This document shows, piece by piece, positions 36,788 to 51,700 of a DNA stretch of 64,000 bases (position 1 is the stretch's first letter; each line of letters opens with the position of its first letter). The stretch covers positions 806,001-870,000 of the forward strand of contig OZ237746.1 in the NCBI GenBank assembly GCA_965178125.1, read 5' to 3'. This stretch comes from Bilabrum cf. latius. Its lineage: Eukaryota. The notes beneath the pieces were generated by a model. The model was not told where the DNA came from, searched no databases, and was given only the letters and a program-made list of their open reading frames with translations. A program made the position numbers and the translations under genes.

Positions 36788-39700
36788 TCAAGCTAGCGCT
36801 CTCCCTCGTCTTGTCCTGCCGCTTCCAGCCTGCATGCGCTCTCTAGACAACTCACCCGGCCCCATTCCGAGCACACTGTCCATCGCAAGCATCGTGTTAT
36901 GCCGCATCCTCCTCGTCCCCACCACGGTGCTTTTCGCCCCACCAGCCCCCGCACCGGTGCCACCTCGGTTGTTCTCCAACCTGTCCTTGTCCTTGTCCTT
37001 GTCCTCCCCCAAAATCGCAAGCAGGGACCGACTACATCTCCTCTGACCCACGAGACCACGCAGCTGCGCCCATCCGTTCGATCCAGGAGGGTCCTTACTC
37101 AAAACAGCTGACAGCTCTCTCGTCGATCTACGTCGCCTCCTGCCGCCACGCTTGGCTTCCAACTTGCCCGCAAGCATTGGGTTGGCTGCGGAGATGCAGG
37201 ACTGCTGCCCCGCTGCCTTTGCGGCAGGCTGTTTCCTGTCATCCTCGTCATCATTCGGGTCATCACCATCCAGCTTGTTCCACCTCTCGAGCTCAATCTT
37301 GCGGCGGATCGCTTCGGGATGGTCCGAATCTGCCTGCAGAATGGTCCACCAGAACATGACGAACAGCACGGACAGGCAAACGATGCTGCCCGCGCCCACC
37401 GTGTACGTGAGACCCAGGGCAAGGTCCTGCAGCTGATGCCCAGACCGTGCCTGGAGTGCCGCGTCCTGGCTCAGTGCCGCCACGGCGTTCAGCGCCACCG
37501 CCAGCGAGGACAGCAGCAGCGTGCCCAGTTTGCCCACCCTCTTCCATTCGAAGTCTGCCAGGAACGGAGACGTCAGCTGGAAGACCAGTGCGGCCGCCAT
37601 CAGGACCGTCACCTGCAGCGATGCGGTGAGGATGACCCGCATCGGCTCCATGGGCACGCGCACCGGCTCGAGGCTGGCGATCAGCACCAGCACCATCCAG
37701 TCCACCACACGCACCCAGGCCCTAGAAGCGCGATAGTCCCCGTCCGCGAAATACGCCAGTCGGTGCGTCTGACGCAGGATCAGCGACCGATCACGCACTG
37801 TCTCGAGCAGTTCCCGGGCCAGCGATGGTGACACGGTGACGCCCCGCGCCGGACGTGCGGCCCTCCGTCGCGGCCCCTGGCTGTCCGATCTGCTCAATCT
37901 GTCTGATCTGCTCGATCTGTCCGTTGACTAGGCCCGTGCTTGCCCCCGCGCGCCTGCATTTGAGGCCAAGAAGCTCCCCACACTGTCCTTGGACTCGTTT
38001 CCTTGGTGCATCTCGGAGATCTTGGCTCCCTGGCTGGAGGACCGGCGGGTCGTCACACGCGCCAGCGCGTTACTGCCGCCTTGGAAGCTGGGATTGATCG
38101 TTCCACGGCGCAGCGTTTCGCTAGCAGCCGCGAGGTTTGGACCCCCCCGCGACCGCCGCCTGTCTCCACCGCGCCCTTGCTGCATCGTAGCAGGTCCCAT
38201 GGTGCCGGAGTGCTTGGGCAGCTGACACCCCGTCCGAAGCGCCTCATTTGCCTGCGCCTCCAGAAACAGGAGCTGCTGCTCTAGCATGTACCTGCGCTTG
38301 AGCTGCTACAGAGACAGGAACTCCTACATGTCCCTTCGATCCGATTTGGACAGCCCAGCAGCTGCAACAGCCGCAGCCCCGGCACCCACGGCTCTAGGCC
38401 CCGAGGTGCTCTTGCGGGCGACTTGCCGAGGCCCAGAGCCCGATGTGCTTGTCGTGGGTGGCGCTGACTGCGACCCAACGCATGCAGGCAGGCAGCCGCA
38501 CGATCGCGATGCGTCCGACCGTCTGGCGAGATCCAGCAGGGATGCCTCAAGTAGCCTCTTGGTCGATCGGAGCCACTCCGAGGCGGGTGAGGCAGCCACC
38601 GTGGCGTCGATCTGCGGGATGATCACCAGCAGCAGGTACACAGGCAGCCCCACGATGACCACGAGAATAGTAGCCACCGCCAGAGTGACGGCGATCACGT
38701 GCGCGCCGTCACGGTAGCACACCACGGTAGGATCAGACAGCAGAAGCGTGGCCCCATCCTCTCGCAGATCGAGGGAGTGCCCATAGGTGGCGAGCACCTG
38801 CGCGATCAGCCGCTCCGATTCCAACCCTGCGTCTGTCGCGTTCTGCTGCCGCGAGGCCAACGGGCCATCCTGCGGCCCGGATCCAAGTCCAGTAGACCCA
38901 TTGCCAACCCCGCTGCCGCCCAGCCCGAGTGCCTCTTCAGGCAGCACCACGGCCTGCACTGCCTCGGGGTCGGCCACACTGGCCAGCGTCCCTGGCGCTC
39001 TGCAGTCCAGAACCTGTACCACGGTGGTGCAAGCCACGGCGTACACGAGCGATGCCGCAGTGAGCATTCCTCTAGAGGCGATGCCCAGGGAAGGAGACCC
39101 GTCACCACGCAGCGCATCCCCAGCCCCGATGGGCTCTGTATCCTTGTTGGTACCAACGACTGAACCATTCGTCCATGCGGTCGATTGTGCAGCAGAGGAG
39201 GACTACAGCGAGGCAAGCAGTACGCTGGCACTGGACCTCCGATGCCTTGCAGTGGTCTACTGCAGCGCATGCTGGCTCCCGCCCTGACTCGCTGTATCTG
39301 CCGTCCCAGATCGACCGCCGCTATTGGACGATTTTCCATCGCTGTCATGCAATGGAGCATTCTCTGCAGTCGCCTTTGCCTCAACCGGCAGCCCGGCAAA
39401 CCAGAACGTGACAAAGCCGCCCAGGACGAGAGCGATCGACAGGCTCAGCACCAGCATCTCCTGCGATAATTTCACCGCCCCGATGCAGTCGGGGTGCACC
39501 AGCGCGGAGCTCTCAAACCGGAACACGTCCAGCATCCGCACCACCGTGTAGTACCACTGGGGCAGGCCCGGCTGCACCGCCCTGCCAGCCTGCGCCACGG
39601 TCTGCAGCAAAGCACCGGTGTACAGCGTGAACTGAGCAGCTCTAGTTGCGGCAAGTTTCAATGGAATGCCCCGCCAATAAGCCACGACGCACACTGCAGT

Positions 39701-42700
39701 CAGCAGTACAAGCGCCGCCCCGGCCACCCCGCCCACGTAGAGAACAAGAGGCTGCAGCAGCAGCCATATGGACGGGGAGGACGGGCACAGCTGGCAACTC
39801 CCGTCTGTCTCTGGATACCTCCCGTCTTCGCACCTGGAACACGCGGTGGAATCCTGCCTGTATCCCACCCCGCACACGGACATCTCCGCGGCCTCATCCC
39901 AGCCCAGGCAGCGCTGCTCGGCAGGCGTGTCGCACCTCAGCACCAGCCCGCTGCCTTCCTCCTGCGACCAGTACCCGGGCAAAGGGTGCGCCTTGAATCC
40001 ACCGGGACACGCCGCACCGCTGGGACAGGCCCTGCACTCGTCACCCGCACCAAAAGCGCAGACTAGTCCCGCCCTCACTGCCTCTCGATCCGCGCACAGT
40101 GCCCCTGGCTCGGGATACCCCACGCATTGCTCCACGTACTCTATGCCCCCTTTCAGCACGAGAGCCGCGATGTCCCCATCGGTCACCTCGTGCCCTGCCC
40201 CTGCCACGTGCAGCACCTCGTGCTCGGAAGGAGCCTTTGCAGCGTCGTTTATCTATACCGAAGCAGGTGCTACCAGCACGCAGCCCTGTATCTCCCCCCC
40301 TGAGGCAGCCGCCCGCCCCCCTGCGGATCTCCACTGCCGGACGATCGCGTCTTTCCCGCACAGTGCACGGGCAATGCGAGCCGTGGTAGTGTCTACTTGG
40401 ACCAGCTGCGGATTGCCACCGGTTGCAGGTGGCGGAGACGTGTCGTTGAGTTGCTGCAGGGCGCGTCGACTGGAAGCCACAGTGTCACCGGCGCCTTCAG
40501 TCAGCTCGACGCCATCGAAGTCCAGGACGGGAGGCCAATCCACCGACGGGTGTGCGGAGCCCTCTGGTGTCCGAAGCGGAGGAGGGACGATCAGCACAGC
40601 CTGTACGCCGCACACTGTGCTAGCTTCATTTTGTTCTGCCCGTTCACTTGTGGAGCTGTTGCTGCGGCCCGGCGGACCACCGCACACGCTCTGCTGCTCG
40701 GGCAGCTGCACCCGCGCCACGTCAAACTCTCGAGACACGTCCAGGATGGTGGCTTGCACCCCGCCCACGAACACCAGCGCGGATGGTGGGAGGCATGGGA
40801 CCCTGGAGACCCCATCGTAGGCAAGGGGACATGCCACTGTCACTGACGCGGCCCCACTGACGATCAGCTTGGGACCCACCCATGGATTGAGCGAGCCGAG
40901 TGACCGAGCCGCCTGCCTGGCTCGCACCAACTCTTCCGATGATGCGTTCGACGGCAGCTGCTGCTGCTGTCCATCGGGCCCGGCCGATTCATTGGATAGT
41001 CGCCTAGCCAGACCAGGCGATAGCTAGCGTCCGCTAGATGGTCGGTGCAAGAGTCGCCTGCTGGTCCTGCTCTGGTCCCCGGTGGGTGCGCCCGACCCCG
41101 CTCCAGCATTGCCGTCTGCTCCCACGCCTGACCCCCACGCCGACACGAACCGCGATGTCCGCCCCAGCAGCTCAGCCGCAGACCCTGGTGCCGGTCTCCA
41201 GTCCAGCGCACCATCTGCCTCTGTGCCCCACACTGCGTCCGGCAGCCTCGTCAGGATGTCGCCGGGATTGGGCCAGCGGATTGGCTGCAGTCGCACCGGG
41301 ATGGCCATTGCAATGGGGCTCTGGTACGTTGCCATAGGGCCAGGGCCAGCGAGTCTGGAGATGGCTTCCACGGAGGGCTAGAATCCAGGACCTGCTGACG
41401 ATGCCTGGGAGGCCATCTGGGATGCATCGGCTGCAGTTGTACCTGCAAGCACGCACACCACCCACACTGTCTTTTGCCCATCGCCACTCGGCGCCTGGTC
41501 CATGGCAAGCCCGGATTCCGCTGCCCTCGACAGCTGAATCCTGATCTGGATCTCAGGGATTCTCCCGCCAGACCATGCAGACCCAGGCAACGAGACCTGC
41601 TGCACAGCCGGCACCGCCACCAGCCCGGGGTCAGAAGCATCGGTGGCATCAACCCGCTGTGCGGCTGCAGCGCCGTGCGTCTTGCACGCCACAATCACGC
41701 CCTCCCCGTCGATCGGAGCCGCCGGGATGCCAATGCCAAAGCGGGTCTCCTGGATCACAGAGGCGATCAGCGCGCTTTCACCCATTGGAAACTGTCTCTC
41801 GGGAACTGAGTCCAATAGCAAGGATGCCTTGATGGACGCCGGATGCAGCCCGCCCTCCTCGACCCGTCGCTCCAGATCCTCGGGATCTGCCACCGGCTCC
41901 AGCACCGCCACCTGCACGCCCTCATCGCCCTCACCCCCTGCCACCGCACCAAGGGAAGAGCACTCCGAGAGGGCAAGGTCCACCGGTGAGCCGAGCAGAT
42001 CCGGAGCGATGCTGGGCCCAGTGGACCCAAACACGCCCACGCGCCGAAGCGCGCCCGCCCCTGGCCCCTGGCCCTGGCTCTGACCTACAACGGTGAATCC
42101 CAGTTCCACCTCCACACACACTGCGCTGTTCCCCTCGGCACTCTGCGCATCAGCCGCCTACAGAGCAGCGTCACCGGTGGCAGCCAGGCGGCTGGGGCTA
42201 CCTGGCTGGTCCAATTGACGCAGCACGGCCGCGGCGTCCTCCAGCGCCGACTGGGCAGGACGGGGAGACACAAAGTGCTCCAGCAGCAACCCATGGGCGC
42301 CTGCACTCTCTATCGCTCGGCGGCCCACCGATGCACTGCTCTCACGCACCACTCTGGCGGTCGCGCTGATCCCTGAGACATGCTCCCCATCCAGAACAGT
42401 GGCTGTCACGCCCAGCTCGGCCCCTGGCTGCACTGCCTTCCAGAGCGCCTCGAATCTCCACGCAGAGCGTGAGCTGTCTGCTGGTGGTGGTGCCAGCTGC
42501 AGGTGTAGTGTGGAACGGGGTCTGACCGTGCTGAGACTGCCCGCATCAAATTGATCTGGCATTGCCCCGAACAGCATGGTCAGGTTGATGCTTCGCGGAA
42601 GCCACCCGATGGCATGGGTGGCACCAGCGCTGTCCCTGGAGCCAATGGTCCCGGCGACCATGGCAGCGGTCGGCGGGTGCATCGAATGCCCCTCGCCAAG

Positions 42701-45700
42701 TGGAGTTGGTCCATCGCCGGGTGACGAGGGGCCTAGCCGGAGCACACCACCTGCACAAACTGTGGTCATGACCTTCACTCTGGGACCGCATGCCTCCACC
42801 TCGCTCGATGTGCCGGGCAACGGCTGCACCGCCGGGCAGGTCAGGCTTCCACCGATGCTCGGCTGCGTCGTTGCCTGCGCCCCTCCATCCGGCCACCGGC
42901 ATTTGCGCAGCAGCTGCTCGTCTACGGCGCCATACAGCCCCAGCAACCCAGGCTCACCATCCATCGTCACGTTGAACATCCCGTCTTCGTGGCCCGGGCC
43001 ACCCCCAGCAGCATCGAGGTGCTGCAACCTCCCCAGCGACCTGGCCAGCTGGGTCCAGCGGCCCGTGGCTGTGTATCCCACCACATCTACGGATGCTGCT
43101 ACTCTCGTCTGCACCCCTCGGCCTCCCCATATTGTTTGCAGGGATGCAGGACTGGGTGCACCTTGCCCCGCCATGGATCGCAGCACACCCGCCATCGCAG
43201 TGACATTCGGGGCAGAGACCGACACAGCCGTGGAGTTCTCATGCACCCCAAACGCGCCCGCTGTAGCAAGGTCCGGCCACCCCGTGACTAGCCCATCGAC
43301 TCGGCCAATCCTACCACCGACCAGGTCGCTTGCCACTGCTGCAATGGGACGAGCCCCGAGTGGGACCACCACTCTCCACTCACCGCTGGCATCCACGTCC
43401 CCTTTCTCCCATCCGTCGGGTGGCAGCACCTACAGCCCATAGCCACCGACACTACCGCTGCCGCCTTCGATAGTCTACAGCATCACCATGGCGGTTGACA
43501 GCTCCGCGTCGCTTCGCATAGGCAGCAGTCGATCCAAGGCACCAACGGCAGGGTACGTCCATCTGCGGGACGTTTCGGTTCCGCCCTTTTCCACTGCATG
43601 CAGCTGTGCTTGCAGCAAGTCGGTAGCGGGGGCCGGCAGCCACACCCACAGCTAGCCCTCAATACCGTTGCCCTGATCCACGGTCCTCCAACTGGCACTG
43701 CTGGTGCTTGTAGTGCTGGCCGTGAGCATGGACCTGCTGCGACGTGTCGGGTTGTGCGTGGGCGTGGGCGTGGCACTGCTGGTGCTTGTAGTGCTGGCCG
43801 TGAGCATGGACCTGCTGCGACGTGTCGGGTTGTGCGTGGGCGTGGGCGTGGCACTGCTGGTGCTTGTAGTGCTGGCCGTGGCCGTGGGCATGACATCGCT
43901 TGCGTTCGACCATGCGACCAGTGAAGGACCCCCGTCCGTGGCCTGCACTTGCACCTGCACTGGCACCCTCACTGCCACCCGAAGATACTCTCTCTCTACT
44001 CCTTCCTGCAGCACCACATCGCCGCCAGCTGTCAGTGCCTGCACCCTCTCACTCCAAGGCACCAAGGCATGTTCCCTCGGAGAGCCACTCACCGGCATTT
44101 CATGTGTTGCCTATCCATTGATACTCAGTCCCCACATGGATCGAGAGGCCGGTCCCTTGGCCAGCTGTGCAGCCTCGAGCTGAAGATCTCTGACACTGGC
44201 CCGACACGCGATCGACATGCCGGTGGTTGGCGAGGCAGAACCGCTGGCTGTGCCGTTTCTCGTGGTATTCGAGGTAATAAGAGGGCTTTTGCATGCAGTA
44301 TTGGCACCAATGATCACGTTTACAGCTCCCGAAGTCCGGTTGGCGATGGCGAGTCCACCCCCATGTAGCTGCACCTCAACCTCGACGGTGTCACCTCTGT
44401 CGGCAGGCCAGCCCCGCACCCATGCCTCGCGCAAGCTCATGCACAGCTCGCAACTGTCATTGTCAATCTCGCGGAGTGCGGAATCCGAGACACTGGACAC
44501 GATGGTCCGGCCCAGGAACATGACACGTTCTGGATGAGCCTGCGAGTGAATAGGGCTACAATCATGCAGGAATCAAAGGAAATCGAATGGGAAGTGAGCT
44601 AAATGCAGCGAAGGTGCGGAACTAGTCGGGACTTACCGGCGCAGACGGCACTGTGGGCGTTGGGCTGCTTGTGGCAGTGGCACTCGGGCTGGCAGTGGCA
44701 CTCGGGCTCGCAGTGGCACTCGGGCTGGCGGAGGGTGTCTGTGAAGGCGATACTGATGGGCTATGAGAGGCCGAGGGCACAGCAGCACGCAACTCAAGGA
44801 TGTGCACTGCTCCTTTATACGAATCGTGCCCATCGGCCCCCACGGCTAGCGTCACTGCCCCAGGCCTACTCATGTTGGAAACAGCTGCCACTGCCACCCC
44901 GAACAGATCCCCAGGATCCAGCTAACTATCGATTCCTCCTGCCGTGGCGGAGATCTTCTAATGATGTTTCACCGTACCATTCGATCGCAGGAACAGCACC
45001 CAAACGGCTCCTCTATCAATGTCAACAGGAACACCGTCTTCATCCCCACTCGCTCCCACGGCCAGCTCCGGTGCTCCATCGCCATCCATGTCATTCAAAG
45101 AGGCCAACGATATTCCAAAAAAGTCCTAAGCACCCAGCTGCCCATCAAAGTTCCCTGATGTAGCCGATATCTTCTGGTGGCCCTTCACCGTGCCGTTCGA
45201 TCGCAGGAACAGCACCCACACGGCTCCTCTATTGGACCCTGCATCAAACCCGTCATCATCCCCAGATGCCCCTACGGCTAGCCATTCGGATCTATCGCGG
45301 TGTGTGTTGCTCAAATGAGCTACCGCAACACCAATAGCATCACCGTAGTCAAGCTGTCCTTTGAAGCCTCCCGCCGTAGCGGAGATTTTCTGATGGCCCT
45401 TCACCGTGCCATTCAATCGCAGGAACAGCACCCACACGGCTCCCCTGTCACTGCCAACAGGACCACCGTCGTCATCACCGTTCGCCCCAACGGCCAGCTC
45501 CGGCAAACCATCGCCATCCATGTCATTCAAAGAGGCCACAGAGCGCCCGAACTAGTCGCCAGCATCAAGCTGCCCATCGAAGCCTCCCTCCGTGGCGGAG
45601 ATCTTCTGATGACGCTTCACGGTGCCATTAGATCGCAGGAACAGAACCCACAAGGCTCCTCTGTTCAATGCAGCGGGAACGCCATCGTCGTCACCGTGAG

Positions 45701-48700
45701 CTCCAACGGCCAGCTCCGGCAAACCATCGCTGTCCATATCTCCCAAAGTGGCTACTGATATTCCAAATTGATCTTTGGCATTTAGCTACCCATCGAAGCC
45801 ACCCGTCGTGGCGGAGGTCTTCTGATGGGCCTTAACCGTGCCATTCGATCGCAGGAACAGCACCCACACAGCCCCTCTATCAGATCCTGCAGACCCACCG
45901 TCATCGTCCTATCGCGCACCGACAGCCAACTCCGGCACGCCGTCATCGTCCATGTCGCCTAAAGAGGTCACAGAGACTCCAAAATAGTCACCAGTATCAA
46001 GCTGCCCATCGAAGCCCCCCTCCGTGGCAGAAACCTCCTGCTACATCCCGTCCAGCACGCTGCCAATAGGGCCAGACGAGGGACTCGCACTAGGGGTAGG
46101 AGATGGAGACGGAGTCAAAGAAGGAGTCGTGGAGGGCGAAGGGGTGGTCGATGCGGAGGGTGACGACACTGACGGGCTATGAGAGGCCGAGGGCACAGCA
46201 GCACGCAACTCAAGGATGTGCACTGCCCCTTTATACGAATCGTGCCCATCGGCCCCCACGACTAGCGTCACTGCCCCAGGCCCACTCATGTTGGACACAG
46301 CTGCTACTGCCACCCCGAACAGATCCCCGGCATTCAACTACAAGCCCCCTGTCGTGTTCGAGATTTTCTAATGGCCCTTGACAGTGCCATTTGCTCGCAG
46401 GAACAATACCCAAACGGCTCCTATGTCGTTGTCCGAATTGATATTTGTCTATGCCCCTACGGCCAGCTCCGGTGCTCCATCGCCATCCATGTCCCCGAGA
46501 GATGCCAATGCCGAGCCAAACAAATCAAAAGCATCCAGCTACCCATCGAAGCCCCCCGCCGTGGCAGATATCTTCTGATGGCCCTTCACCGTGCCATTCG
46601 ATCGCAGGAACAGCACCCACACGGCTCCACTGTTGTCTCCTGCAGGGACACCGTCATCGTCATACCATGCCCCTACGGCCAGCTCCGGCACTCCATCGCC
46701 ATCCATGTCCCCGAGAGAGGCCAATGATGATCCCAAACTATCTGCATCATCAATCTGACCATCGAAGCCCCCTGCCGTATCAGAAATCTTCTGGTGGCTC
46801 TTCACCGTGCCGTTCGATCGCAGGAACAGTATCCATACAGCTCCTCTGGTGTGCCCAAAACCAATGGCGTCATCATCCCAATTTGCTCCCACGGCCAGAT
46901 CAGGCACGCAGTCACCATTCATGTCTCCAAGAAATGCCAATGAGAATCCAAAATTGTCTCCAGCATTCAAATGCCCATCGAAATCTCCAGCCGTGGCGGA
47001 GATCTTCTGATGGGCCTTAACCGTGCCATTCGATCGCAGGAACAGCACCCAAACGGCTCCTCTCTCAGAATAGTCAGCATCATGACCACCGTCGTCATCC
47101 CAAATTGCTCCCACGGCCAGCTCCGGTACTCCATCGCCATCCATGTCCCCAAGAGAGGCCAATGACGATCCAAACTAGTCCCTGTAATCCAGGTCCCCAC
47201 TGAAGCCACCCTCTGGGGTAGAAATTTGCTGAAATCCCTTCACAGTGCGATTCAATCGAAGGAACAGTATCCATACAGCTCCTGTTTGATTCTTCGAAAA
47301 ATCGTATTCGGGTGCTCCTACAGCCAGCTCCGATATACTATCGCCGTCCATGTCCCCAAGGGAGGCTACCGAAGCACCAAAACGGGCCCTTGGATCCAGA
47401 TGTATGTCAAAGCCCCCCTCTGTAGCGGATATCACCTGCTGCATCCCGTCCAGCACGCTGCCAATAGGGCCAGACGAGGGACTCGCATTAGGGGTAGGAG
47501 ATGGAGACGGAGTCAAAGAAGGAGTCGTGGAGGGCGAAGGGGTGGTCGATGCGGAGGGTGACGACACTGACGGGCTATGAGAGGCCGAGGGCACAGCTGC
47601 ACGCAACTCAAGGATGTGCACTGCTCCTTTATACGAACCGTGCCCATCAGCCCCCACGGCTAGCGTCACTGCTCCAGGCCTACTCATGTTGGACACAGCT
47701 GCTACTGCCATCCCGAACAGATCCCCGGCATTCAACTGGATCTACAGGCCCCCCTCCGTGTTCGAGATTTTCTAATGACCCTTGACAGTGCCGTTCGACC
47801 GAAGAAACAGCACCCACACAGCCCCTCTGTCACTGTCTGCAGCACCACCGTCATCATCCCCATTCGCCCCAACCGCCAGCTCTGGCATCGCATCGCCGTC
47901 CATGTCACCCAAACAAGCCACAGAGCGCCCGAAATAGTCATCAGCAAACAGGGGCCCATCAAAGCCGCCTCCTGCCGTGGCAGATATCTTATGATGGCCC
48001 TTCACCGTGCCATTCAATCGCAGGAACAGCACCCACACAGCCCCTCTTTCGCTATCTGCAGGACCACCGTCATCGTCACCATTCGCCCCCACCGCCAGCT
48101 CCGGAGCTGTATCGCCGTCCATGTCGCCCAGACATGCCAATGAAGAGCCAAAATAATCATTTGGGTCTAGATGCCCATCAAAGCCTCCCGACGTGGCGGA
48201 GATCTTCTAGTGCCCCTTTACCGTACCATTCGATCGCAGGAACAATACCCACACGGCCCCTCTGTTGTCTCCTGCAGAAACGCGATCATCGTCCCGATGT
48301 GCCCCCACCGCCAGCTCTGGAGCAGCATCGCCGTCCATATCGCCTAGAGTGGCCACTGAGATTCCAAACTCATCATTGGCGTCCAGCTACCCACCAAAGC
48401 CCCCCGCTGTAGTGGAGATCTTCTGATGACGCTTCACCGTGCCATTCGATCGCAGGAACATCACCCACACGGCTCCTCTCTCAGACCACACATTACCACC
48501 ATCATCATCCCAATGTGCGCCTACAGCCAGCTCCGGCACTCCATCTCCATCCATATCACCCAAAGTGGCTAACGAGGATCCAAACAGGTCCAAATTTCCC
48601 AGCTATCCATGAAATCCCCCATCTGTGGCGGAGATCTTCTGATGATGCTTCACCGTGCCATTTGATCGCAGGAACAGTACCCACACGGCTCCGGTGACAG

Positions 48701-51700
48701 ACCCTGCAGGAGCGCGGTCGCTGTCAGAGTTCTCTCCCACTGCCAGGTCCGGCACTCCATCGCCGTCCATGTCACCAAGTGAGACCACTGAGCAACCAAA
48801 GTACTCTAAGGCATCGGGTCCATCGGTAAACAACGGATTGAATCCCCCCTCTGTGGCGGAGATCTCCTGCTGCATCCCAACCAGCACGCTGCCGAATGGG
48901 ACAGGGGAGGGACTCGCACTAGGACTTGACGAGGATGATGGAGACGGAGTCAAAGAAGGGGTCGTGGAGGGCGAGGGGGTGGTCGACGCGGAGGGTGACA
49001 CCGACGGGCTGGGAGATGATGACGGGGTGGCTGCGCGCAGATCTAGGAGGTGCACAGCACCTGAACCCGAGTCGTGCCCATGGGCACCCACGGCAAGAGT
49101 CACTGCCCCAGGCCCTCTCACGTTGGACACAACGGTCACTGCCACGCCAAACCAATCCCCATCGTCCAGCTGCAGGCCTTCCGTCGTGTTTGATATCTTC
49201 TGATGACCCTTCACCGTGCCATTCGATTGCAAGAACAGCATCCACACGGCTCCTCTATTAGAATCTGCAGGGCCCCCATGATCGTCCCGCCACGCTCCCA
49301 CAGCCAGCCATAGTACTCCATCGCCGCTCAAGTCACCTAACAAAGCCACTGAAGCACCAAACAAATCAATGGGGTCCAGCTACCCATCGAAACCTCCTGA
49401 TATTGCTGATATCTTCTGATGACGCTTCACCGTGCCATTCGATTGCAAGAACAGCACCCACACGGCTCCTCTGCTACTGCCTGCAAGACCACCATCATCA
49501 TCACCAATGGCCCCCACCGCCAGCTCCGGCACTCCATCGCCGTCCATGTCACCGAGAGAGGCCAACGAGGATCCAAAATAGTCACCAGCATCCAGCTGCC
49601 CATCGAAGCTCCCAGCAGTTGCAGATATCTTCTGATGACGCTTCACCGTGCCATTCGATCGCAGGAACAGCACCCACACGGCTCCAATGCCATAACTGAT
49701 GCCGTTATCATCACTAGATGCCCCAACAGCCAGCTCTGGGACTCTATCGTCATCTAAATCGCCCAGAGTGGCCGTTGAGGCTCCGAACTAGTCGCCAGCA
49801 TCCAGCTGCCCATCGAAGCTCCCAGCAGTTGCAGATATCTTCTGATGACGCTTCACCGTACCATTCGATCGCAGGAACATCACCCACACGGCTCCTCGAC
49901 CAGACGAATAATAATAAAAATCATCATCATCACCACCGTCATCGTCCCAGTATGCTCCCACGGCCAGCTCTGGTACTCCATCTCCATCCATATCCCCGAG
50001 AGAGGCCAACGAGTTTCCAAACTAGTCCAACTAATCCAGCTGGCCATCGAAGCCGCCCACTGCGGCTGAGATCATCTAATGATCCCTCACCGTGCCATTT
50101 GATCGAAGGAATAGTACAAATACAGCTCCACCGTGATCCGACCAATCGTGGTCGGGTGCTCCTACAGCCAGCTCCGATATGCCATCACCGTCCATGTCCC
50201 CAAGGGAGGCTACCGAAGCACCAAAACGGGCCCTTGGATCCAGATGTACGTCAACGCCCCCCTCACTAGCTGAGATCTCCTGCTGCATCCCATCTAGAAC
50301 GGTGCCAAATGGGAGAGGAGAAGGTGATGCACTAGGTGTTGGTGACACCGATGGGCTGGGCGAGGCTGGCGGAACAGCAGCACGCAGCTCCAAAACATAC
50401 ACGGCACCTCTGGACAAATCGTGACCGCGTGAACCCACAGCTAGCGTCACCGCCGCAGGTCCGCGCAAGTTTGCTACAGTGGACACTGCCACGCCAAACA
50501 AATCACCAGCATTCAGCTGCCCATCAAAGCCTCCCGACGTTGCAGAGATCTTCTGGTGACCCTTCACGGTCCCGTTTGATCGCAGGAAGAGCACCCACAC
50601 GGCCCCTCGGTCATTGCCCACTGCAACGCCATCATCGTCTCCTTGTGAGCCTACACCCAGCTCCAGCACTCCATCGCCGTCCATGTCACCGAGAGAGGCC
50701 AACGAGGATCCAAACTAGTCACCAGCATCCAGCTGCCCATCGAAATCACCCTCAGTGGCTGAGATCTTCTGATGACGCTTCACCGTGCCGTTCGATCGCA
50801 GGAACAGCACCCACACGGCTCCCATATCAGACCCTGTCATACCACCGTCATCGTCACCATGTGCCCCAACAGCCAATATAGGGGGCTCGTCAACGCTGAA
50901 CATTCCTAGTGAGGCGACCGACCTACCAAAGTAGTCACTACCATCTAGGTTCCCAGTGAATCCCCCAGCTATGGTCGAGATCTTCTGGTGACCCTTCACA
51001 GTCCCGTTTGATCGCAGGAAGAGCACCCACACGGCCCCTCGGTCATTGCCCACTGCAACGCCATCATCGTCTCCAAAAGACCCAACGGCCAGCTCCGGCA
51101 CTCCATCGCCGTCCATGTCACCGAGAGAGGCCAACGAGGATCCAAACTAGTCACCAGCATCCAGCTGCCCATCGAAATCACCCTCAGTGGCTGAGATCTT
51201 CTGATGACGCTTCACCGTGCCGTTCGATCGCAGGAACAGCACCCACACGGCTCCCATATCAGACCCTGTCACACCACCGTCATCGTCACCATGCGCCCCA
51301 ACAGCCAATATAGGGGGCTCGTCAACGCTGAACATTCCTAGTGAGGCGACCGACCTACCAAAGTAGTCACTACCATCTAGGTTCCCAGTGAATCCCCCAG
51401 CTATGGTCGAGATCTTCTGGTGACCCTTCACAGTCCCGTTTGATCGCAGGAAGAGCACCCACACGGCCCCTCGGTCATTGCCCACTGCAACGCCATCATC
51501 GTCTCCAAAAGACCCAACGGCCAGCTCCGGCACTCCATCGCCGTCCATGTCGGCCAGAGTAGCCATTGAGATCCCAAAATAGTCATCAACATCAAGGGAT
51601 CCATCGAAACCACTTTGCGCGGGGGATATTTTATTCTAAAATCGTGGTAATGCGCTGCCAAGCGGAACAGGTGATGGACTTGGACTGCCAATCACGTTCG

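Noticed and set aside
45552-51149. TAG as Tyr, Trp (A-to-I editing) or pyrrolysine
   Set aside because: Some TAGs fall in variable columns (DAGD*FG, where other repeats have Y/L/N), but CAA-encoded Gln also occurs in that column (~45768). All invariant columns with TAG are Gln.
44640-51600. CRISPR-like repeat-spacer array
   Set aside because: The repeats are in-frame protein repeats (FG-GAP); there are no cas genes and the context is eukaryotic.
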